Source: Somniosus microcephalus
Lineage: Eukaryota
Assembly: GCA_052327205.1 (NCBI GenBank)
Contig: CM126209.1
Coordinates: 195,486,001-195,550,000 of the forward strand
Direction: 5' to 3'
Length of the DNA stretch: 64,000 nucleotides
Part shown: positions 11,451-25,577 of the stretch, one piece after another
How the letters are laid out: every line of letters begins with the position of its first letter
How positions within the stretch are numbered: position 1 is the first letter of the stretch
The notes under the pieces: model-generated
Told to the model about the DNA's origin: nothing
What the model saw: the letters and a program-made list of their open reading frames with translations, nothing else
Databases searched by the model: none
Made by a program: the position numbers and the translations under genes

Positions 11451-14359
11451 CCTTTCAGCAATTCCATTGGTGGTCTCACAGCAGTAATTTCAGTAGATGA
11501 TCTGATGGGATTGTTCAAGGTGGCTCCATACTACCTTAAGTGCATGCTCCTGTAGCTGGGGGTCCTGATTGGTGTATAAAGTATTTTTGAACAGTTCTAG
11601 GATCTTTGGCAAGTGTAGCAGCTGGAATTGTAGGCAGATGCATGGGTCAAGAGATCAGCTGCTGCAGCGTCTGCTGACTTTAATGCCGAGCTCTCCAGTC
11701 AGAACTTTTTTTCTGAAAGGAGAAACAAACGCCGGTAGCCCTGACTGCCATGAAAATTCTCATAATTTGTGCAACAATAATTAGGCTCAACTGTAGTGCA
11801 CTACTCAGTCTAGCCTAACTGTTAACTTTTTTATATACAGGCTATGTAATTTGTTGTTTACTAGTGTCTGCTGGGAGTGAGAGTCAACCAAGATTGCCTT
11901 TTTCAAGTTGACTGTTTTAACATCTGTTGACAGATGAGGCATACAGCTGCCTTCATTGCAAAACACTCAAAAAAAAATTATGTATCCTGTTTATATTATA
12001 ATAATTCCCAAGTAATTGAAATATTTTGTAATGACCTGTGGGGATATGAAAGTTGGTTAGTCTGAACTACTTAACAGTAACACTATTTCCATATAATTTA
12101 ATAAAGGGCTTCATGGTTTCTGATTTAAGGCATAGCCATCCATATCAATTACATTTTGAGACTTGGGTCCCAAACACGCTTCAGTTACTTTCATCTTGTT
12201 GTACTGTTGAGTGCTGCCATCTCCCTAGGTGAGGCAACCCCAAACTAAACTGTCCAGGAGGATCCAGTTTTTAAAAAAAAAAAAACATCCTGGTCTTGGC
12301 GATTCCAGCAGGTTTACATTGGGGTTGCCGTCTGCTGCATGAGATCTGTGCTCTGGGACTGGCAGAACTATCATGGTGATACAGCAGTATAAAAGCAGCT
12401 TTTTACAGTTGGATTTTAAGATGTTCAATACACAAGTAGTGATCAACAAATTGCCCTTTTAATGTTAATATAGTGTTTCCAGTTTTTTATGGTGGAATAC
12501 ATTAATTATCACCTGTTTCCTGTTGGTCAACGCCTTTTATCTAGTTTTCTCGAATTAATTAACCATTACGACTTGGGTTCTTATAAATTTAGCTTAAAAA
12601 AAATCGATACTGTACTTAACAAATCCAACCTTATATGTTTAGCAATTAATATACCTTAACGTACCTTAATTAATATTGCTTAAAGTTAATATATTGTAAT
12701 TAATATGCTGTTAATTTAGTTGCATGAATTCTTTGCATCTAGTTTTAGATGCATAATACGTAGGCGACTGTCATAATGTGAAGTATTTAAATTTTTAAAA
12801 ATTTCCTTAAGATTGCAACATTATAGAAATGAGCTGTCTTATTTTTCTGAAGTTGTTAAATCACTTGCTCACATTTAATTTTAAATTACTATAATATCGG
12901 CACAGGCACGATGGGCTGAGTGGCCTTCTGTGCTGTATCATTCTTCGATTCTAAGACCATTTCAGTACATTTTAGGTTATTACATGATTGACATTAAATT
13001 TTTGTTTTGATGAGGCAAACAATGTTTTAATCATTAACAATTGGTTCTAAAGATAACGCTGGTCAACTATTATTCCTAATGTCATGTCCCATTACTTAAC
13101 CAGTTTTACACAAGCACAGTTAATTCTGAAAGTGTAGATTAGTAATTATATTGATGGTAAAATTAATAGCATTATTGGAGAGATTAAGGCATTGCAGGGG
13201 ATAACAGAGCTTCTTAACACTGGACTCTCCAGTATGTCAAGTACCTCATTTTAGTTTTAGAATATTCATTTTTTGTTTTAAACATCCAGTTTTCATTATA
13301 AAAGCAGCTTTGCTACAAAATTAAAGGATGTCTGGAAGAGGATTTCAATTCAAATCCATTCTGCATCACAGTTCAGGGGTTGTTGTCTTCATGAAAAACT
13401 GTGCCGATCCTTTTTGTCATTTGTGTAAACACAGCATAATGTAAATCTTGGTAAAAAAATCTCTTCATTATTTGTATACAATGTTGTGGCAAATGCCAGT
13501 GTTCTTTGCACACTCAAACAAAAAAGATTTGCCAAATGCTTTTGCATGAAGATGGTGTTTCTAAGTTCATAATGATTTTGTAAACCAGAACACTTCTATA
13601 ATTTTTTTTAAAGCAAAGTATTCAAGATGCTGGAAATTAGCTCACTTTGGATCAGAGACTAGCTAGTTGTTAATTGGCCATACAGCGATGGCATTAAGTC
13701 ACTGTTAATACAATGAGTGACTTTGTTTACAAACATATTTTAAAACAAAAAATATTAATCCTTTTTTCTGGCAACTGAATTTTGTGAGCTTTCTTTGCTT
13801 TATCAGTGATTAAAACTTTGTGGAATAATTCAGGCTTAAAAGTTTTGAGGATTCCTTTCTGCATGAACATACTAGATTAATGAGTTAATAGATTGTTTTA
13901 AATTTCTAACCGACCAATATTTCTATGGTTTAAAGTTTGTGCAGGCAACACTGAAGCTTCAATATCCTTGTTGGATTTTTTTTTTGGTTTGCCTTTTGTA
14001 AAATATTTGTCCGTTTTTTAGGCTGCTATCATGTAGATGTCCCTACTCCCTGTTGGTGCACTCTTTCTCTCTTCTCCGCATCCCCACCTCCCCGCTTCCT
14101 TTCCCCCACAAAAAAATAAGAATTGAAGCCCTGAATATTGACCCATAGTGTGTGTGTGTGTATCTTTCAACGCTAAAGATTATAAAGTATATACAGCTAT
14201 TTTTATTGATTAATGTCTGTCATCTGGAAATAGTTTAAAATATATTTAATCAATTTTCTGCCTCTCCTGAAGCTGATGATTCATTCTGGGTTATAGTTTC
14301 ATGGGGATCAGGTTCCCAAGTACTTGCCCAAGTACAGTAGCTGGTCTCAGTTTGAGCCT

Positions 14360-14960
14360 ACAACAATAACAACATCTTGCATTTATATAACGCCTTTAGC
14401 ATAGTGAAACGTCCCAAGGTGCTTTATGGGAGCGTTATCGAACAAAATTTGATACCAAGTTACATAAGGGGATATTGGGACAAATGATCAAAAGCTTGGT
14501 CAAAGAGGTAGGTTTTAAGGACGTCTTAAAGGAGGAAAGAAGAGGTGGAGAGGTTTAGGGATGGAATTCCAGAGCCTAGGGCCAGGCAGCTGAAGGCGCA
14601 GCCACCAGTGGTGGTGTAATTGAAGTTGGGAATGTGCAAGAGGCCAGAATTGGGGATGTGCAAGAGGCCAGAATTGGGGATGTGCAAGAGGCCAGAATTG
14701 GGGATGTGCAAGAGGCCAGAATTGGGGATGTGCAAGAGGCCAGAATTGGGGATGTGCAAGAGGCCAGAATTGGAGGAGTGCTGAGATTTCTGAGGGTTGT
14801 AGGGCTGGAGGAGGTTCCAGAGATGGGGAGGGGCGATGCTTTGGAAGGATTTGAAAACAAGGATAAGAATTTTAAAATCAAGGCGTTGCAGGACCGGGAG
14901 CCAATGTAGGTCAGCGAGCACAGGAGCAATGGGTGAACGGGACTTGGTGCGAGTTAGGAT
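14360..14960 (-). mobile_element. L2-clade LINE 3' fragment
   Basis: ORF 14526-15014 ILTRTKSRSPIAPVLADLHWLPV..DFKILILVFK; reverse-complement tail ...GGCGTTATATAAATGCAAG followed by TTG repeats. Confidence 0.8.
14634..14773. repeat. 24-bp minisatellite GTGCAAGAGGCCAGAATTGGGGAT, 5 perfect units plus a 20-nt partial
   Basis: Exact 24-nt periodicity read directly from the sequence. Confidence 0.97.
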
Positions 14961-16257
14961 ACAGGAAGCAGAGATGCAAGTGTCAACCTGTTGTTCCCTT
15001 GTGGGGGCCGTCAAAGATTAGCTTAATACTGTCCATGCCTGATATCCATACATGTGTACTTCCCAGCAAGGGTCAATGGATAATCATCAGGAATGGCAAC
15101 TCTGCCTGTCCACCCCCCCCCCCCCCCCCCTTGCCCAGCCCTGGTCCTGAGTCCATGTATACCCTGCTGCTCCAGTTGAGATCAGCTAACTCCATAAAGA
15201 CTGGAAATTAAGCCTGGTGCTTTCCTGGTTCAGTACCACCATGAGCTATATTGCATGAAACTATGGAACATCAAAGAAAATTCATCTCTCATCTTGAAGT
15301 AGCCTTTTGTGAAAATTTAATTTGCAAACCTCAAGTATTTTTATATTTGAAGATAATTAGCATCTCTTTCCATGTGGCACCAGCTAACAGAGAATACTAA
15401 AAAGTTACACTATTCAAATTACATGCATGATTTCTACTGTGTAACTCTTTAAAAGAAACCTAGAGAAACACAGAACATTTTTTCAAAATATTACATAACA
15501 TGAATCTTTTCTGATTTTAATGCATAATAATTGTAATTATCCAGCAGTTAATGTGACTTAGCTTGTATAATTCAAAATAAAATGTAGATTGTGAATTTTG
15601 AAGTTTTATCATTGTAAAATTTCAAGTCAAAGGTTCTTCAGACATATTTTTAGTTGCACCATATAGCATTTAGACTACACCTCCAGTATTTGACGAAAAA
15701 TAAGTGGTCCAAGTGTAAACAGTCTAAATGTGATTCAGAAAAATTAACTACTTAAAGTTGCATTACTTGGCAGCTTTTTGGCGTTGTCCTGTGAGCCACT
15801 TTAAGTTCAATTAAGCTTATAATAGCTGGGAAAGAGAGTTATGTAGATATGGCATTCAAACACAGGAAGGAATGGTCAATTCTATGACAATACCATTGCA
15901 AAACTACTTTTTTTTTTAAAGTGTGTCTTAATGTTCAACTGTCTTGCTTTTTTTGTACTTTTGCCCTATATCCAAGCTTAGCATTTTCTAGAAATTCTGT
16001 GGTGGAGACTATTTAATGTAAATTTTTCCTTTCCCTCTTCCTCTCTGGAAAAAATCATGGCAAATAATTTCAGATACCTTGCAAAAGTGATATCTGGAAT
16101 GCAAATACTTCATTAGATTGAACAAAGCAAATGTAGAATAGTTTATGTTCAGTGCTAGACTGAATAAAAGCCGCAAAGTGGTGAAAAGTTTACACTGGTT
16201 TCACATGGGTAAGTAATTTTTGCATGGCATTTTTTCAAACATTTTTCGTGTGCTTAG

Positions 16258-16998
16258 GTACATCCAAGCAGAAGTCCAGTCCCCTGCAGGTAGCGGAACA
16301 GGATGTCCAACCCTTCCACCAGTACCAGCCTTTAGAATGCATTGTGGAAGAGACGGAAGGCAAGCTGACAGAGCTGGGACAAAGAATTAACGCTATTGAG
16401 AAGGCACAGTTGAAGTCACTAGAGTTGATTCAGGGAGACACTTTAACCAAAGACAAGATAGAAGAACTAAAAAAGAGCAGAGAAGAGCAAGTCCAGAAGA
16501 AGAAAAAGATTTTGAAAGAGCTGCAAAAAGTTGAAAGGGAATTGCAGCTGAAAACTCAGCAGCAGTTTACCAAAGAGTATTTGGAAGCCAAGGGTCAACA
16601 GCAGACGCTTCAGCTCCAGCAACAACAGCAGCAATGCCCACATGGAGGACTGTTCTCTCAGGTGGGGACTGGTGAATGTCTGCCAGAGGAAGACTTTTCA
16701 AAGTTGCCTCAGGTGGACACCATCTTGCACAGAGATGGCCAGCAGCAGCCACCTGCAACCCAAATGGGGTTTGTTCCTATCCAACCTTTAGCAACACCAG
16801 TGTCTCCAAACTTTACTAGTTCTGTTTATCCTATCACTAATGTACCTGATCTACAGCGAGTAATTGTGAACCAGCCTTTGTTAGGACAGGCACAACTTGC
16901 TGGACTTGGACAGGGACTCTTAGCTCAAGCACCTGATGGATTAATGGTTGCAACTCCAGCGCAGACGCTAACTGACACTCTTGATGACATCATGGCAG
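16258..16998 (+). CDS. ANKHD1: ANKHD1 exon, coiled-coil linker between the ankyrin clusters (GTSKQKSS...TLDDIMA), phase 1-1
   Basis: ORF 16224-17057; ttag|GT acceptor and CAG|gtggg donor; 741 nt; YQPLECIVEETEGKL...KAQLKSLELIQG is ANKHD1-type. Confidence 0.95.
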
Positions 16999-17202
16999 GT
17001 GGGTTAAGAATTGGTCATCTTTGTACTTTACTTTTGCTCACATCTACTAGCTTTTAGGTACAAATGGACTTTTTGTTAGATTCATTGAGACACAGAACTA
17101 TAGATTTAACAGCACACTAATGCTTTAATCAAACTACTGCAATAGCAAGGCTGTTTAAGCCAGCTGACTAATACCATTCCTTTCAAATAGTTCTTGATAT
17201 TT

Positions 17203-17410
17203 GAAATAAATATGCTGGAAGTGCAGAGAAGGTCAGTCAATATCTGAAAGAGAAAGTAAGGCTAATATTTTGACTGATACTCCATCACAACTGAGCAGCC
17301 CTAATAAAGGGCCATACTTCAACTTGTTGACCTTTCTCGAGCAGATGCTTGCTAACTTGCTGTGCATTTCCAGCATTTTCTTTTTATTTCAGATTTCTAG
17401 CTTTCAGAAA
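17203..17410. repeat. Degenerate fold-back repeat resembling the Penelope-like terminal repeats common in shark genomes
   Basis: Arms ATGCTGGAAGTGCAGAG... and ...CTGTGCATTTCCAGCAT; family assignment is from memory. Confidence 0.4.
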
Positions 17411-20400
17411 TTTTCTTTATAATCTCATTGACACTTTTGTCTCATTCTTCAGATGAAAAATAAAATGGGCTTGTAATTAAGGGGTAGCCACATTTGAAAA
17501 TGAATTAATCACATACATTAACTTAAAAATATATACAGGGCTTTTGTTGCTAAAAAATTGGCACGTTTTGCCCTTCAGATGTATTGATGCATGGGGCAGG
17601 ACCTCAATTTTGACTTTTGTTCTGCCCCATTAACCTTTTGTGATTTTAATGTGGTCATTTTATAACTGGTCTGTCGTTGTTATTGATCTTTGTCCTGCAT
17701 TAGTTTAAATCACATGAAGCTGAAATAAAGAGTATTGCATAACTTGGAGGACAGTTTTATTTCATATTTTGTGTCACTGCAAAGCCAATGCCACTTTGAG
17801 TGATGCAATCTGTGCAGTATAGCTGCAGTTAAATTGGAATAAGTCTGGGATTCAGCTTTGGAAAAGAAACTACTTCCAGGAGGTCATTTCACATTGTTGT
17901 GGCTTTGCACCAGCTGCAGTCTAGCTGCCACAGTACAAAACCTTTTCTCGTTTAAAAAAAAACAATCCCAGACTGGACTGTCTTTATATTTTTAATGTTA
18001 TGCATTAGCTGATGTGAAAAGTTGTGCTTTCCCCTTATTGCCGAGTGGACAGTGAAGCTCATTTACACTACAAATGCAAGTGTTGCCATTAAACAGTAGT
18101 TTAGTATAACTGCAGCACAAGTCCTTTCTAAAAGTTTTCGGTAAATAATATTCAAAATAAAAAATTATATTTCATGTATCAAGAGAAACCAAAACATTAG
18201 AAATACAACTGAACCTCCTGTTTCACATTACAGCTGATGTGCTTCAAAAGGCTGTTTCCCAATCAAAATGCTTTATTCTTGCAGACTATGAACCTAAGTG
18301 AACTGGTTCTAACTCACCACACACTGTACAGGTATCCCTGTATGAAGGAATAGGGAATTGTATAATTTTCTGAAATGGCCAAAACTTTAAACATCTAGTG
18401 TTGAATTAATCTGATCTTGGCCTTGTTCTTTTTAAGAGTTTAAGTTGGTTTGTCTTCTGATGGAAGATTTTGGTTGGAAGTGCATCATACAGCTGACTGC
18501 TTTTTGTCTACTGTGGTCAATACTTGCAGTATTAAGGTATTGTTGAATTATTTACCGGTCAAAATGTCAGAGGCTAGCCTACTGTCTCCGTAGTAGTGGT
18601 ATGTATAAATATCATGATAAATCTAATGTTTATGAAATTTGAAATAAAATAACTTTAAAAGCATAATGCTAGTTGTAGTTTCAGGCCCTGTCTTCTAAGC
18701 ATCATGCTAGTTTGAAGTTGTTAAACAGAAAGTATTGGGAATAAATTGTCATAGTGGTACACTTTTCTAATTTCAGAAATGTGGTTCTCCAGTGCCAGAT
18801 TATACTTGATATTCATGGTAGTATTTCAATTAGTTTGAGGAGAGGGTGTAAAATGTGGATCCAAAATTCAAAATATTAGATATTACAAATGGATAATTCT
18901 GAAAAATCTGTTGAATAGTTTAGTCAACAGGAATCTGCTTTGTTTTTCTGATTTAATTGGACTTTAGCTCCATAGAGCATGTACTTAAGACTCAATCTTA
19001 TTGGATTTCTTAGTGCACTGTTAGTTGGCTGCCGCTAGATGTTTGTAGTGTGTGTTTTAAAACTCTGCTATTGCTACAATTGTAAATTACTATAGTGGCA
19101 CCTAGTGGTAGTATAATGACACCCTAGGAGTAGGTTTGAAATTTATTGCAAGCAAAAACCCCTTCACAATCAGAAGTCTTAACACAGCCAGGCCATTAAA
19201 TATTAGCACTTTTTTTGCAGGCCTGTTTTTGTGTTGTAATTTTTATGTAATTCGAAGTATGTTAAATTTATTGTGACTATTAATTTGGACTATGAAGTTA
19301 CATGAAAAAGTGAGTTATGAATTTTAAAGTTCTTTTAAAATGAAAGGTAATTTCCTTTTGACTTAAATATAACTGAATTATGCTATTTGCAACAGCTTGG
19401 AATGGATAGCAGTTGCATTAAACAGCTAACTTTTTGTCCCTGTAGGAGGTGAGACTCCTTGTCCTCTTATTGAGGCGAGATTCTCACTTTAAAACATTTG
19501 TCCCCTTCCTTGGGTTGTCCCATTCCACTCATTATTAGCAGCTAAGAGGGCTGAAACCAGCAACTATGAGTTGCACAAGGATGCTGAGTAGATGGAGAAG
19601 GAAGAATGCTCTCCAATTGTGTGTGTTGTGAGAATGGAATTCATCCCATTTCAGGAATCGGTGGTCAGCATTAAAGCACCCCCAGATCAGGGTAAAGTTC
19701 TCTCTATTCTACAGTAGCCATATTCCTCAGCCTTAACCTTGGAAGAGCACTCGCTACTTGTACCAGTGTGATGCTTTCCATTTCCCATGCCACTGATCAA
19801 GTAGTTTCTCTGAGTGAGATTGCCAAATTAGGGACAATTTTGTGCTATAGGACCATGCCCACTCGGATCTGGATTGATGCTGCTCAAACTAGTGTCACAC
19901 AGGACCATTACAGTCAACAGCCAGAAGAGCTTTTCATCCCATCAGTCTGGGGCTGGACTTGAAGTCAGGTTCTAAAGGTAGAAAGCTAAGGTCTCATCCA
20001 CTGTACCATCCACCCTGTGTGTCTGCCTATATTATTACTGTCCAAGGAGCAAGATTGGGTCACAAATTTGCATATTTGCCAGGAACCTTGTGCTATGAAT
20101 AGTTTTAAAATCTTGGCAAAGCATTCTAATTTCTTTTTGTCTCCTAATGAAGAATCCTTCAGAAATTGTTCCTTGCTCTAAAATGCACCTGTTGTTTTTG
20201 GGCAGTGACTTTTCCTGGAAACTGAAATTAAATTAGCCAGTTTTCTGGCGCATGATTGCTGTTGTGATTTTTGATGGGAAGTTCATGTGTGGATATCATT
20301 TGAGGGTAGGATGTTCAGTTGTGATTACCCCCACACACACACACTTGCACACACCCACTCTCACATAGCCCATTGACATACTCTGGCCAGGCTTATGCAA

Positions 20401-21329
20401 GAAGAATGGCCACTTAACTGAATATTCAGAACTTCTTAACTACTCTGGAGTGGTGGATAGCAGCCAAAATGGGAAGGTTACTGAAGACTATTTAACGTGA
20501 TTAGAACCACTTAAAGATTAGCCTCAGTTATCTAAACAAATTTCTTGCAGATAGACTTGGGTCTTCAACAGTGTTCATTACCAGTACAAAAATAGAAATT
20601 TAACAATAAAAAAAACACAGCCAGATCAGAGGCTTTTCATTGTGTAGGGAGGTGATTTCCTGCCAATGTTCACACACTCTGGAGGGTGGGGGGAGCTGTC
20701 TTAAATTGCAAAAGACAATGTCATTTGTCAGTTATTCAAAGGAAAGGTTCTTGCTGAAAATGTTAGTGTACTGTGACAGGAATAATGTGCTAGTAAGATA
20801 TTCTTTTTAATTCTCAAGCCTCTTGTGCAAGCATTGTGCCAAGTCTGTCCCCAGGCAAGCCGAATCTAACGACCCCACCTCCACCCCCCCCCCCCCCGGA
20901 ATTCTCAAGGGCCTGTGGATCCCATGTTGAAAATCTATTCTTTGGACTGAAAGTACTCACCCTTGCCTGGCTAGAGTATTATAAAACTGGTCTACCTATT
21001 TTTTTAACTTTAAAACCATCCTAGCCAACATTCATCTCTCAACCAACACCACAAACAGATTATCTGGTCATTTACCTGTGTGTGGGAACTTGTGCAAATT
21101 GGCTGCTGCATTGTGCATTACAGTAGTAACTATGTTCTTTCAATATTTGTTTCAGTTCAACTAACAACTCTTAAGTTGCAGTCTGACTTGGAAAGCAGAG
21201 GCTGTAGTACATCGCCACAGCAAAATACTGCAGATGCTGGACATCTCTTGTTTATCTTGCAAACTCAGCCCCTGAGTTAAGCTTTTAATTCTGAAAAACC
21301 ATGAAAAATGTATTTTTGGAACCTTTTAT

Positions 21330-22330
21330 TGTAATTCTATTTCATCCAGGGTTCTAGAATACCAGCCGTACCATTTTCCAATTACAGTATCTAGGTGTTT
21401 CTTAAATAAATTCCATACCTTGACCATTTTTCTTAGCAACCTGTCCAGTTGTTGATCACACTGAGTGCAAAGAAATATTTTTGCCCTTTGTCCTGCTGGA
21501 CTGGTGTATCAAAAACTTATCAGTTTGCTTCACTTTCATTATTGAGTTAAATATTTTGCATACATCCATTAAAAGGTACCTTCTGAGGTATTTTTTGAGG
21601 CCAAAGAACCTTAGTTTATTGAGTCATTCCTTATAGCTTTTTTCCCTCTGCCAGTGGGGATCAGCCTCATTGCATTCTACCCTATCTCCAGGTTGTGGAT
21701 GACTTCCATATGTGACGATGACCAGAAGTGTATGCAGTACCCCAAGTGTAGTGTAATGGGGGAACTTTACGACTTCAGCTTGACTTCTGGAGATCTGAAT
21801 TCAACTGACTACAGCAATATAACCCAGCATCCTGTTTGCTTTGTTTATCGGTGTTCACACTACAGTACTTGGACACGGTGAGTGTCGAGTTAGCTATTGC
21901 CTTTTGGGTCTCTTTCAACTCCACTTTCCTCTCCCCATGGCAAGTTCTGCCCCACCCATGGACTACCCATGCCTATCTTCACTTCCAATATGCAGTACCT
22001 TGCATTTGTCTGTATTGAGCTTCATTTTTCACTGCATAGCTCACGTCAAAACTTTATCCAGTTCTTTGTAACATCTCGGCTGCCTCCTTGCTTGTTGTCA
22101 TCTGCGAATTTAACTACGACTGCGATTACATATCATTAATGTGTACCAGGAACAGAAGGGATCCTACTACCAGTTCTAGTATTTTCCCCACTCTCTATGG
22201 TGATCTAGCTCCCTTTATAACTGCCCTTTAGCTAGTTACCAATCCATGTCTTATGATACCCAGTGGCTTAATTTGTAAAAGAGACTCTCGCACAGTACTT
22301 TATTAGATGCCTTTTGAAGTCAAGGCACTC
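21330..22330 (-). mobile_element. Very old CR1-like RT fragment
   Basis: Reverse strand remnants HLGYCIHFWS and KFADD; boundaries approximate. Confidence 0.5.
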
Positions 22331-22719
22331 TGCGTCATATGCTTTGTCTATCTTTCCCCTCCCCAGAGCTGATGTATATTATGATACAGAACAAAGTTCA
22401 TTGAGTAAAGGATGTCTCACACTTACCTCTTGGCCTGTACTGAGTTTGCTGATCTCAGCAAGGAAGTAGTAATCTGTGCAAGGGAGGGTATTAATTAGCC
22501 AGGATGTTAATTCCTAATCCTTATCAAGTAACTTGTCGTGGAAGTGCTCATATGAGGATGTAGAATGAGGACATGCTAGGGCTCAGCTGCGAAGCTCCAC
22601 ACAGTCAAATAGCCTGCCAATAGTCATTGTCCACTTTGGTGAAGCATGGCATTTTGGATGACATACCCGTGGTTTAGAAGCATCCTATAGAAGGAAAGAA
22701 TTTCAGTGTATGTATCGTT

Positions 22720-23097
22720 TCATATCAGGATGTCCCACTTCATAGCCATTGAATTACTTGTGAAATGTATTGTAATGTAAGCAAATACAGCAGCCAATTT
22801 GCAGACAGCAAACAAATAAGGTGAATGACCAGTTAATTTGCTTTTGGTGATGGTTAGTGGAACATTGTTAGCAAGGATGCCAGAAGAATGTCTTGCTCTT
22901 CTAGAAATAATTCTGTTTACATCCATCTGAACAGGAAATTGGGTGGGTTTAGCATCTCATTTAAAAGGCAGCATCTCCAACTCTGTAGCGCTTCCTTAGT
23001 ACTTTGGTGTTAGTTTAGATTATCTGCTCAAGCCCTGGAATGCTTGAACCCACAACCTTCTGACACCGATTCAGGAGTGCTATCAACTGAGCCAAAC
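22720..23097 (-). mobile_element. tRNA-derived SINE (SacSINE1/DeuSINE-like)
   Basis: Minus-strand A box TGGCTCAGTTG and B box GGTTCAAGC at about 23040-23095, followed by an L2-like tail. Confidence 0.65.
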
Positions 23098-25577
23098 TGA
23101 ACCATATTCTAGTTTGAGTTACTGCCTTGAGTAGAGGTAAGGGGAGAAATATTTAACTGCAAACACACACATTATTCCTGCTGGGTTATTGTTCCAAGGG
23201 TGCTGATAACCCTTCGATACCTTACTTAAGTGACCATTCTTCATGCATGGGTCAAGATGATGAATATTGGTATGTTGTTTGACCACAGGGAGCAACACAA
23301 TCCAGTCCACTGTCTATACTGTGCACTTTTCCAGCAGATAGTGACCAGGGGTGGGAAGCATGACAAATTACTTGCTCTTTTGCCCCAGCTACACTATGCA
23401 CTCTCTCTGCCCCCCCACCCACCCACCTGTGATATGCTCAAGGATGCTGAGATATAATTGTAGTGCCGCCGTGAGAAATCAGCTTGGACTCCGTGGAGAC
23501 GAAAATGAAAAGTAGTGCCTTTCTGGTCAGTGTAGTTCAGTAAATAGTACGTCTATCCATTGAATCATTGGGGAGCCCACATGTTCATTATTTTAATTAG
23601 ACAGCTAAATGTTGCTTATTAATTTGGGGATGGCATGTTTTCCATCACACAGGAAATGACTAATTGAGTCACTAGTTTCGCATCTAATCTTTACCTAGTT
23701 TTAGAGGATCATTGTCAGATTTTAGGATTGGGTTGCCATACCACCTTCAGGAATAATGCATGGCACTAGGACAGCAACTGGAAAATTCAAAAATTGCAGA
23801 TCACGCACCTAAGAATTGTACAAATTAAGCTGCTTTAGTTGGACTTTCTATTTTCAAGTGGAGAGTGGGGAATGAGAGAAATTATTTCCATCCGAACAAT
23901 ATTTCCGTTTGAAGTAATACTACCCATTAAAGAATTCCCCTTGTAAATTTTTTTATCCCAGTGTTCAGTAAAGCAAATGCAGTTTTTTTTTCTATTTGAT
24001 GTGAATTAATTCCAACAATAGTAAACCTGCAACATGCAAAGCTTATCATCCTGTTGAAAATCCTTTTATATATAAGATGGCAAATGGGTGCATCTGTTAT
24101 GAGGACAGCTATGTCATAAAAATGAGCTGGAGATTTGCCTTCAATGAGGCCCAACTAACAATGAAAGGATTATGCCTTTATGGATGTATACGGCACCTTT
24201 CCATCCTTCTACCCATCCAGACATTGAAAAATAATTTTTTGGATGTCTTGCATACTAAAATCAGATTTATTCTGTTTATAAAGCAGTTAGTGTGAAGTTG
24301 GGGCAAAGTGGAGGAGGCCTTTACTCTGTGACTCATGTTATCTCTGAGTTTGAAGTGCCTGATGCTGGCATTGTGTGGGAAAAGAATGGTATCCCTGAAA
24401 TCTGTCACAGCTGAAAAAATTCAACCCCCTGCCCCTATTCCTGTGGAGGAGACACACCATTTCTAGCAAATTTTATCTCGTTCCCACTGATGTGTAACAC
24501 TCAAACACTTTGGAGTCCAGCATTACTTGATCTTGCTCAGTAGTCCAGAGAGTTAGTGTCAACTTAAAGGAGACAGGCTGCCATCGCATGTGAATTCAAT
24601 CTCCACATGGAAAGGGACCAGTTTACTAAAGTTTCCATAGGAGCTTTTTAAACTATTTTCAGCATATTTCGTGGAGTCCCAAACAAGTGGTTATAAATAC
24701 ATTTTGGCATTTGATAGGAGTTACTGGATAATTAGATAGTCTCACAAGATGGACTTGTTTGGGGTTTTCTTGCATGAAACTACCTAGAATCCTTTGGATT
24801 ACTTCCAGTGTATTCTGATTAGAGCACTTGTTTTCTGAGCATTGGTTCTCTAATAATTAATTGTTTTAATTGCAGCAGCTGTAAAGACTCTTTGACCTTC
24901 TACCATTTGACTGAAGTAATCTTTAATGATTTTTTTTAATAGTGTTTGGTAGTCTAGATTACTTCGACTTTTCAATTTAACCAAAGAAGAAAATTGGAAC
25001 TGACCAATTATTGTAGAACTTGTCAAAGTCTTTTTTGATGGAATATTTTTTGTTATACATGTTCTGTTGATGTATATTCAACTTTTTTTGGTTTATAAAT
25101 TCAATCTTCAAACAGATATGCCTTTTTGAGGAGTAAGGTTAAGAGGGCGCCATCCTTGTGGGACTACTTGGGCTATAGTTCAAAACTATTAAACTTCTTT
25201 AATGGAGATTCTTCAATTTTCTGTAGTGCTATGTTGCTTCCTTATTTAGGTATGTAATACTGTCTTGTATATTACTGGCATAATAATTGAACAGCTTTCT
25301 GAGGCACTGGCACGGTTGGCTGTGTTAAATTTGTTTTAAACACTTTCAATATTACATCTTAAACAGAATGGCATTTAGGTTTTATTTCTTAGTTATTTAA
25401 ATCTAAGTTATATCTACAAAATGCTATAAGTGTCGCTGTGTTACAAACTAGGTTCTCCCTTTCCAAAATGTGCTTGTTCTGCGTGGAGGGTTGCCTGCAC
25501 CTACCAAAACTCTATAGTTCTTTCTCATTTTGATGTGTCTTAATTTTGAGGAAATGACGATTGATTTTGTCTTGCAG

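Noticed and set aside
11800-14300. Hidden exons or ncRNA in AT-rich intron stretches (also 17400-19400)
   Set aside because: The ANKHD1 frame closes without them and I saw no supportable structure; conservation cannot be judged without alignments
14634-14773. CRISPR-like array
   Set aside because: Units are contiguous with no spacers, there are no cas genes, and the context is a eukaryotic L2 fragment
17270-17330. Active hammerhead ribozyme in the Penelope-like fold-back
   Set aside because: The CTGATGA and GAAAC cores are not intact (CTAATAA, no GAAAC)
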